Source: the human T2T-CHM13v2.0 reference genome, Homo sapiens. From it: a DNA stretch of 64,000 nt. This document shows positions 54,700-64,000 of this stretch, one piece after another. The stretch is taken from NCBI RefSeq assembly GCF_009914755.1, contig NC_060927.1; one strand, given 5' to 3'. The notes under the pieces are model-generated. The model did not search any database, was not told the origin of the DNA, and worked only from the letters and a program-made list of their open reading frames with translations. How positions within the stretch are numbered: the first letter of the stretch is position 1; every line of letters starts with the position of its first letter. Both the position numbers and the translations under genes were made by a program.

Positions 54700-57200
54700 C
54701 AACTAATACATTTCATCCTGAACTTCGAGCCAATTCACGGGTGGCGTTTATCTCCGTTTTACATCGGCAGCAACAGCCTGAATTTTCTGGGACACGATGC
54801 GCCACCCAAACAACAGGGACTCCCTCATCTTTTTCTCCCCAGCTCCGCCCAAGACTGAGCCACATAGCCACCTGCAGTTGCGATCGGCTCGCCGCGTGGG
54901 GGACTCCACCCGCGTGAGCTCGGTTTCCGAAAAGCGAAGCTGGGGTGGGACACAAGGATTGAGGGGAGGACAGGGACGGACCTGCGGCAGAAGCAGGGTG
55001 CAGCTGGGCGAGGAACCCCACGTTGGTAGCTTCTCTTCTGGGATGGCCGCCCCGCGCCGCCCACTCCGGAATCCTGTCCCCTCCCCGGCGCGCCCCCGCC
55101 CAGCTAGCCTAGAGCCTCTGCCGGATCTTCTCGAATTTCAACACAAAGGGAATCCTCGGCCGCAGGAAGTGCATCACGAGAAAGGGGGCCTGGGGGCGGG
55201 GAGAGGGGGATGCCGCTTCTCTCTCTTCTCCCCCTCCCTCCCGGAGCCCAAGGCAGACGTGACGAAACCCGCGGGGTCCCCCCCGAAGCCCCAACAGCCG
55301 AGATAATTGAAACAAGAAACCCCCTTAGTAAGGGGGCGGGGGGTGGGCCCTCCCTCCCTCCTCCCGCCACGCCCGAGTTCCTGGAGATCAGAGCTGCCTC
55401 GCCGCGGCTCTGACACCTGTTTGCTTTTTCCCTCCTTTCCTTCCGGGTGCACTAGCACCTGGGCTTACGTTTGTTTTTCTACCCTGGGGCTCTCAACTTC
55501 CCTTCCACACTCCACCTCCCTTGCAGAGTTTTCTATAAAGTTCGGGCTCTGGGTGTCCCCTTGCACTCCCCACAGGGCTGTGCCGCAGGCTTGGGCGACT
55601 TTCCCCGCAGAACGTTGGCCGAGAGGGAGTCCCCGCGGGGGGGGCCAGGGGGGAGGACTGGGAGAGACCACTTTCGTTTTCTGAGACGCCTTCAGTTCCT
55701 GGCCGTCCGCCAGGCTTTCTTCTTGGAGGTGTCAGTCTTCGGGAGTGGGGGCTGGGGAAAGGGGGGCAGGCTAGGGGATTTGTGTTTGAAGCTATTTTTG
55801 GAAGGCAGCCTTACTGTTTTTACTTACGTGGTATTTTGCAAATTAATAAAAATAGCAAACTTTTCTAGAAATGCTTTATTCACATTTTACCGGAGAATGG
55901 GAAACCATCCATTGTCCGTTCAAAAGGCTATTTTTTTAAAGTTTGGGATGGCTTGGGGAGGCCAATGGCAATTTGGGGAGAAGGGCTGAAGCACCCCTTT
56001 TTGGAGCTCGGGGCCAGTTTCCCGGACTAAAAGACCCTGGTGACTGGGGATGGGCCTCACAACTAACTCGGGCTGCCCTGCCCCTGTCGCGTGGGCTCGC
56101 AATGGCAAGTGCTCCGGAAGGGGGCCGCCTCCCCGTGGGGCTCCTGGCTGCCTCTGCTCCCTTGGACACCACTGGGGGGCCTCCCCCTCCTAAGTTCTAG
56201 GTTGAGGCCGGATACCTGCCCCGACCTGTCTCCTCCCTTTCTCCAATACCACACCCACGGGACTCCAGTCTCCCCGGGAGTGGGACGGAGAGGGAACAAA
56301 GGGGTCTTTGTTCACTGGCTCCCGGGGCGTGGGAGTTGCGCTCGCTCTCCTTTCCCGGCGTCCCGTGGAGACCGGGAGGCTCAGCGCCTCTCCCAGCTCT
56401 CAGCGCCGCCCTCCCAGACCCCAGAGACGTCGGTCAGGGCGCGGCGCCCCGGGCCACTGCGGGCTCTTTCCGGGCGGGCGACGTGGGGGGCGAGGCACCG
56501 CGCGGCGGCGCCTGGCGGGCACTGTTGCCCGCGGAGGGACGGTGGGGGGGTTTCAGCAGCTGGCGGGGGTGGAGGGGGCGGGAGAGGGAGCCTGCGCCGG
56601 GCTGAGCCTGGAGGTGCGGGGCGGGCTCGGGGAGCGCTCTTGGGGCTCCTCCTGCCACAGCCGGGGCGGCTGGAACTCTCTCCCTTTCTCCCTCCATCCT
56701 TCCACTTCCCCTGCTCGGCCCCGCCGTCAGGCCGGGTCCCCCTTCCCTGCCGTCATCAGGTTCCCCTTCTCCCTTCTTGGCACTTTCCTTTCGAACCATC
56801 CTTCTGGACAAACTTTGATGGAGAATTTCACACCACGCTGGAAAAATGCCGGTTATGAAAGGATTACTGGCGCCCCAAAACACCTTCCTGGACACCATCG
56901 CCACCCGTTTTGACGGAACACGTAAGTCTTACACTTGAACGAGTGGTATGGCATTTTCTGAGACTGATTTTTCTCGTACACATTACTTTTGCTCCCACCT
57001 TCCCTTTTGCACCAGCGGAGTGAATTTTCTTCTGTTCTTGCCAAGGTATCTTTTGTGCGGAGAAATTTGTTCCCTCATGGTTTGGTGTAGTATTAACACT
57101 TTGTATTGGTGTAATAGTTGGCTCTCTTGAGTTCTTGGGTTTGTTAAGGACTGAAACGCAGCCTGAGGAAAGACCGACGCCCGTATTCACTGTGGGACCT
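54700..57200. promoter_or_regulatory. CpG island / promoter and 5'UTR of the channel gene
   Basis: Abrupt rise in GC and CpG density, multiple GC boxes (GGGGCGGG), lying over and upstream of coding exon 1. The exact TSS cannot be determined. Confidence 0.9.
56846..56921 (+). CDS. KCNH8: First coding exon (76 nt, phase 1) of ELK/Kv12 voltage-gated K+ channel, encoding the N-terminal PAS-cap
   Basis: ATG at 56846 (gaaaaATGc) reads [25 protein letters not shown] plus 1 nt, then the donor CAC|GTAAGT. This is the EAG-family N-cap. KCNH4 shares this N-terminus, but an AT-rich, L1-rich locus with no exon 2 in the next 7 kb fits KCNH8. Confidence 0.9.
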
Positions 57201-57702
57201 GCATTTTGGTGTATCTTTAGGGAATTGGTTGTAATTTTCTGAGGTGAAAAGGGGAATATCGGTGTACCTAATCTTTCTAGAGTTTCAAGGCTCCCTAGAT
57301 CAAAAGGAGAGCTTGGAGTGTTCTTTCTTGGAGCTTCATTCCGTGATATATTTCGGATAGGTATGATTTTCTATCTGAGTTTAAGAAATGCAGGATTGCC
57401 AAGTGTAAGCTTTCTGTAGAATTTTAAGTGTTGTGAGTTTGTCAGAACCTTGATTCCTGCTTTTGAGCTAGAATAGCGTATCTTTTAATCCTTAAATGAG
57501 CCTAACACTCAAGCAGAGGCTGTTCAGGAAGAAGGACATGAATAAAGACGATTTGATGATAAGAGAAAGTTTTTAGTTTTTTTTTTTTGAGTACGAATAT
57601 TATTGGACATTTAGCTCATTTAAGCTACAGTAGGAAAAAAAATAGATAGGATGTTGTGTGGTTGCTAGCAGACGGTTCGTTATCATCTGCAAGTTGTTCT
57701 CT

Positions 57703-57723
57703 TTCAGGACCACGGTCAGGTCC
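57703..57723 (+). promoter_or_regulatory. RE1/NRSE (REST) motif candidate
   Basis: TTCAGGACCACGGTCAGGTCC versus consensus TTCAGCACCACGGACAGCGCC (17/21), with canonical half-site spacing. Confidence 0.65.
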
Positions 57724-60700
57724 CCACTCCTTCTCAGGCTTTTCAAGCTCTCTACTTGACCCTGTGGATCTTCCTAGCTGGCTTTAACCCTGTAATTAGG
57801 AGTCTGTACTACCACCCCTAACAAATGCTCTCAGTTGGTTTCACTACGAATATCCTCATCTTCTTTCTAGCTTATCTTGCTTCTGTGCACTGTCTTCCAT
57901 TTTTCTGTTGAGACTCAGAGAAACTCATTTATCCTAAAGTCCTTCTTAGTGGTTCAAGTGTCATTGCTTTTACTCTGTATATTTCTTGGAGCTGATATGG
58001 GAGAGCAATACTAATTTCATTTCCACTCCAGTAGTCTAAATACACAGTCTTATCTTTGGGTGGGAAGCAAGTCTTGGACTTATGCTTCAGGGATAGTTGG
58101 AAAAGTTTACATGAGAAAGAAATGAATCACTTTAATTTTGTTCAGTTTTTATTTTTGACATCTAGTCTAATCATGGTAGTTGGTGTGGATATTTGGTCAC
58201 TTCATAAGTGTTTTTATCTTTACATCTAGCCATTCTTTTCCCTTTTATATTCTAAATGTGTTAGATGTTATGTATGAGGTGTAATGTTATTACGTATGTC
58301 TTTTTTAGATAATAATGATAAATATTATAGGAAAACTTCAAGTCCCTGCCATTGCCACTACCACACCACTGAAGCGCCACACAAAATCACCACTGCTGTG
58401 TTTTACCATGCATGATGGCGGATACTACTATTTTACTATTCATTACCTGAGGTACTGATCAGTTTAATGTGGATGTTTTTTTTTTTGAAGTTGAACATCC
58501 AAAACTAAAAGGCTGTAAACATTGATCCTGAATTTGTCTATTGAAAATGAGGTAATTGGCAAATGGTAATTGTTTATCTCATTGCCATTTAAAGTTGAAT
58601 GAAGTGTAATGTGTAGTGAATCATCCCAGCACAGCCTTGGGAATTACTGCAGTGATACATTCAGATATCAATTGCTAATGAGAGGGGCTTTAAATCATCA
58701 GCGTGGAAATATCTTGGCCTCTGACTCTGACTATAGTGATATGCATGATAAGCAGGAGGGCATGTAGGGAGAGATGGATGTACTTGTGAATAGTTCTTTT
58801 TCTATGTTGGCTACACATTAATGTTAATAAGATAGGTTAGATACTTTAAATCCTTATTTTTAAAGAAGACCATCCTGACATACCTGTATTTAGTATAGTA
58901 AGAAATCAAAAAGTCTTTTGGAGACCATGCTTGGTCTGTGCTCCACAGCATCTGGGGGATTCCTGGAGGGAACCAGTTTGCATGAAATCTGACAATCAGA
59001 GAAGCAAATTTGAAGGTGATAAGTAACATAAGGGTTGACTTTGGCAAGGTTTTGTTTACAACATTTAGTGAACACCTCTCCTCCCAAGAAACCCCCACTC
59101 AATGAAAGAGGGTTTTCTTTTCTCATTTTCTTTTCCTTTCTTTTTTTTTTCTTTTTGAATAGCAGGATGACTTGAATAATCTGAAACTTAAAATACCTTA
59201 AACAAAATTTTAGCCACAAATTTTGGTATATCTAGAATAATGGGTATACCATTTTTCCAGCTAGCTATTTACTTTATCTTCTTATGCCATTGTTTCTTGT
59301 TGATACAGTTTTGTAATTACTATCTCTGAAACTATTTTCCTATGATAATCCTTACTTCTATTGATTTTTATAGCTGTCATTTATTTTCTTTTGCAAGAGA
59401 AAACTATTTACAAATTTTAAATTTACAAAATTGCCACCTACTCAAAAACTTTGCTGGAAAGTGAATAATGTTAATTATACTGAATATGTAATATGCTGAG
59501 TTGGTATAATTTTTACCTTATTTGTGAAGTATATTTTACGGTCATGCTAGTTTCTTATTTTATTTTGGACAATTTTTATGAAAAAAAAATTAGAGAGCAA
59601 ACAACAACCCTGGCAAACTGCCTTGCTAATGTACCCAACATGCAGTATTATTATTAGCCTTATTAATTTATTTTATTGGAGAATAATAAAACAATGTAAG
59701 ACATCATCTGAAAATCCTCCCAGGAAAAATAAATATATGACAACATAAAACTCTATAACATAATCCTACTATTTATCAGTTGAGATATTATCACAGGGCA
59801 ACATAATGGAAGTTAATAATACATTTTATAACTTAGTGACACTTTATTATTTTACATATTATAATATTTCTTTTTAATATTTAAAAAGTGAGGTCTGTCA
59901 GGATTGAAAGACACTTGTGGATTATTAATTGAGGCTATTTTTTTCTGATATGCAATATAATTTGCAACCATTATTGAAAAATAAAAATATTATATAAAAT
60001 TACCACTAAATATATTTACTCTTGAAATATGTTTTATGGTTTGTATTTAACTGAAGTGTAGTAAGACTTAGAAAAACTAAGAACCTTAGAAATCTTAAAT
60101 ACGTATACCCCACTTAGGGGGAAAAAGAAAAAGTAATTCCAATTAATTTCTTTGAATTATTACACATAGCAAAAACCACTCACTTGTACCACTCTAAGAC
60201 ATACACATACACACATACACCACACACACACTCCTAACGTTATGGCCTGCAACTAGTTCACTTCTCCATAGTTTTTTTTTAAAACATATTTGCTGTAATT
60301 TAAGAAAATCTTTTCTGTTTAGACTTTTGCTTTAAGTAACTATTAATTTGGACAAAGGGAAAGTACAATAAGGGAACACATTGGTATATATTTGAAAAAA
60401 TATATACCAATGTATTTATATTTGAAAAAATAGTATTTTTAGTACAATTGTTTGTCACAGGATACCATTTGAGAAAAACAGCTTTTTAAAAAAGATACAA
60501 AGCTTTCAGAGGGAAGTATCCATTTTCAAACATAATGGTGGATTAGCCTACATTTTCTAGGCATATCAAAATTTGGCCAGACTACTTCTTCCCTTTTGGT
60601 TTACTAAGACAAAAATTTAAGTTTTAAAGGAAGTTTGTAGCCCAGTGGACTCCATCAAGAAGATTCCAATCAAAGTATTCAAAATAATGGTTGTTTAGAA

Positions 60701-60772
60701 ACTCATTAATATTTGCATATATTTTATGCACTTCTATATAGCCTGTTTGAAATGGTCCAAAGAAATTTGTTA

Positions 60773-61117
<345 letters not shown>

Positions 61118-61724
61118 CTACAGAGGAAATTCTCAGTGGTTTTTTCTTTTTATCTTTTTGCTTTCATCAAGGTACATAGACCTCTTAATGTTAGAAGCAT
61201 AGGGAGAAGGATAATGTACCCATTATCATACTCTTGACTTTGTAGATGAATTCTGTGCCCTCTAAAGGACTTATCACAGGGGTTCTGATAACTTCACTAC
61301 AATGAAGAAAGTGTTAGAATTACAGGAATTGGATTTATGTCTTTACCAGAAATGATTTTCTTTTGATTAGTGATATATACAAATAATAAGAAAAGTTGTA
61401 TTGCACAGTCTTAAAAGCTAACATCAGATAATTTTGACATTATTATATAGAGAAAATGGACATGCAATATGCTGAAAATTGAAATTGTGTCCACGATATA
61501 GTCTTTCTAGGCTCTAACATTTTTCATTACTGTCAGTTCAAAGGTCGTGGCATGAGACCTCTTCTGGCCAATGAGACTGGCAAAGGACAAAAAGTCTTTA
61601 CAGAAGCATATTGAGGATCCTGAGTTACTAGTTTCTGAGATATCCTAGACTCAACATACTTCTGGAAGAGGCACAGTCTTTCTAAAGAAATGTGTACTTT
61701 ATTCATTCACTCAATCATTTTTCT

Positions 61725-62057
61725 TTTTCTTTTTCTTTTCTTTTCTTTTCTTTCTTTTTTCTTTTTTTTTTTTTTTTTAGACGAGTCTCACTCTGTCGCA
61801 CAGGCTGGAGTGCAGTGGTGCGATCTTGGCTCACTGAAACCTCCGCCTCCCGGGTTCAAGCAATTCTCTGCCTCAGCCTCCCAAGTGGCTGGGATTACAG
61901 ATGCCTGCCACTACGCCTGGCTAATTTTTTTGCATTTTTAGTAGAGACGGGGTTTCACCATCTTGGCCAGGCTGGTCTTGAACTCATGACCTCGTGATCC
62001 ACCCACCGCGCCCTCCCAAAGTGCTGGGATTACAGGCGTGAGCCACTGCACCTGGCC
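61725..62057 (-). mobile_element. AluS in intron 1
   Basis: TSD CAATCATTTTTCT at 61712-61724 and 62058-62070. Confidence 0.95.
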
Positions 62058-63229
62058 CAATCATTTTTCTAATAATATTCAATGAATACCAACTTTACAC
62101 AAAGCCATCATGCTAGGATATTTGGAATAAATCAGGATTATCTTTTTCTCAAATGGGGCAATGTAACATGCACAAATTACTATAATATAGATTAGAAAAA
62201 GATAAGTGTAATTCAGAAGGTGCAGACAAAGGGCTATGCACATTTGGGTGAGGGAGGAATAGTTTCTATGCAGGAATGATCTGAGAGGGCTTCATATAAT
62301 AAATAACTTTGGGTGGGAATGATTGTATCATATATGATAGGTGCAAAAACAATATTCTATTTAATTTGCCATTTTGTACAGTACTTGTCATTGAGGCTGG
62401 AAAGAGCCTTTAGTGAGAATAAGAGGCATTTTAAAGGGTGTTAAGGGGTCAATGTAGAAGTAAGAGGGCAATGGAAAGTAGGTTAGACCAGCCATAAAAG
62501 ATCTTTAAACCCACAGTTTTTGGTTATAATAAGCCATTGGAAGTGATAGATCCATATTTTGGTAAAAAACTATGGTGCCATCTATGTCTAGTTAAAAAAC
62601 TTCCAAAATGCTCAACCTTCCCATGTTCTACAGTCTAAAGCACACTACAGTAGATGCCAACTTTAGACTTGGGATGTTTCTTTTTACTATCTCTTCTAAT
62701 AATGCTTTTTAAAATAAAGGTTCCATAGAATGCAGTGAAGTTGATGTGTTCATTTTCTTAGGAATGTTTCTTTCTCCCAGGGAGTTAACTTTCTCTTAAG
62801 GAAGTGATAGATTTATTTCTCACCACACAGCTGACTACTCTTCTCCTCCAGGGCGGTTTACCCCTGTATTATTCTAGAGTTATGTCCTTGGTCAAGAAAA
62901 AGAATTGAGGGTTTGCTGGAATTCAGTGCCAGTGAACTTGATTGGAGAAATCCCAACAGTAAAAGGTAAAGAGTTGGAACTGCTGCAAAGATAGTATGCT
63001 TCGCCCTGGCAGTATATATTTGCTGATCTCATCTAAATGCTGTGTTTAAAATCCAAAATACAAACATCAAAGATGAGACTTCAACTTCACCTATGACCTA
63101 GTTCATATTTGGCAACTGGAGCAATTGAAGAGCTTTCTCAGTAATTTAAACAGGCAAATATAGTTATTGGATTATAAATTCCCTGGAAGATATGTTTTGC
63201 TTTCCTTTATAGTTGTTAATACAACCATC

Positions 63230-64000
63230 TTTGTCACATAAACTCTTCAAATGCCACATGTCCCCAAATGAACTAATAATCTTTTCTAGCCTTTGAAACC
63301 TATTTGTTTTCTTACATGTTCCAGCCTCATTATTGGCATCACGACCCATCCAGTTCTTCAAGCTGCAAATCTGAGTTGGCCTTGACTGCCTACACATCTA
63401 ATTAATTATCAAATTTTTAATATTTTACTGCAGAAATGCCCTAATTTGGTACCTCAATTCCCTCTTTATTGCTTCTGTTTTAATTCTGATCATCTTTTTC
63501 TTATCTCTACAATTGCAGCCTTTCTCTAACTAGACCCCTGTGACCATCAGTCCCTTCTACTCCCACTTGTTCAGTTTCCATTGTTCCCAGAGTGATTTCC
63601 ATTAAAAACAATATTACCACTTAATCATGTAACACTCCTGCTTAGAGCCATCCGTTGGCTCCCTGCTGCCTTTTGGATAATGTCCAATGTCCTTGGCATC
63701 ATCTGACCCCAAGATGATTCTGCAGAATCTTTTCCAACCACTGTCTCCCAGGCTACACACATACTCATTCTAAATTCCCTGCTCTTTCATGGTTTTGGGA
63801 CTCTGCTTTTCACTTGAAGAGCAAGATGCTTTTTGTTCAAGATCCATCCTAAAGATTACATTCTATCAAACTCCTTCTCTGAGGCTCCGAGTAAAGTTAC
63901 ATGACATTTCCCCTATACTTCCACATGGCCTTGCCCATTCCTCTAATCAGCTTTTATATGTGCTATAATTATATGCTTTCATATTTTAACACTCGACCAT
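63230..64000 (+). mobile_element. L2 fragment
   Basis: catgtaacactcctgcttagagcc...ggctccctgctgcc motifs typical of the L2 3' region. Confidence 0.65.

Noticed and set aside
54713-56913. Long overlapping ORFs (169-255 aa) in the CpG island
   Set aside because: Stop-poor GC-rich sequence, mostly non-ATG starts, no recognisable domains. Only the ATG-56818 portion is retained, as a uORF.
56846-56921. KCNH4 as the gene identity
   Set aside because: Same N-terminal peptide, but KCNH4 is a compact GC-rich gene with nearby exons, which does not fit this context.

Overview
Primate (human-like) genomic DNA. About 54 kb of repeat-dense intergenic sequence (L1, MaLR/ERV LTRs, Alu, MIR, L2, DNA transposons) is followed by a CpG-island promoter (~54.7-57.2 kb) and the first coding exon of an ELK-subfamily (Kv12) potassium channel at 56846-56921 (+). 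That exon encodes [25 protein letters not shown] and ends at a phase-1 GTAAGT donor. The gene is most likely KCNH8, given the AT/L1-rich context and long intron 1. The ORF track misses this exon, and almost all of its ORFs are repeat-derived or spurious. I see no proven novel system. The most interesting items are: (1) a full-length L1PA2-like element whose antisense promoter/ORF0 points toward the gene, with a splice donor phase-compatible with intron 1; (2) an out-of-frame upstream ORF overlapping the channel start codon; (3) an RE1/REST-like site in intron 1; (4) an L1 3' transduction; (5) a non-tandem local Alu+flank duplication; (6) a three-layer THE1/L1/L1 nest whose middle L1 has its 5'UTR joined to mid-ORF2; (7) a perfect GAAA-loop hairpin with a template-switch signature. 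Repeat subfamily names come from my recall of consensus sequences, not from a database search.
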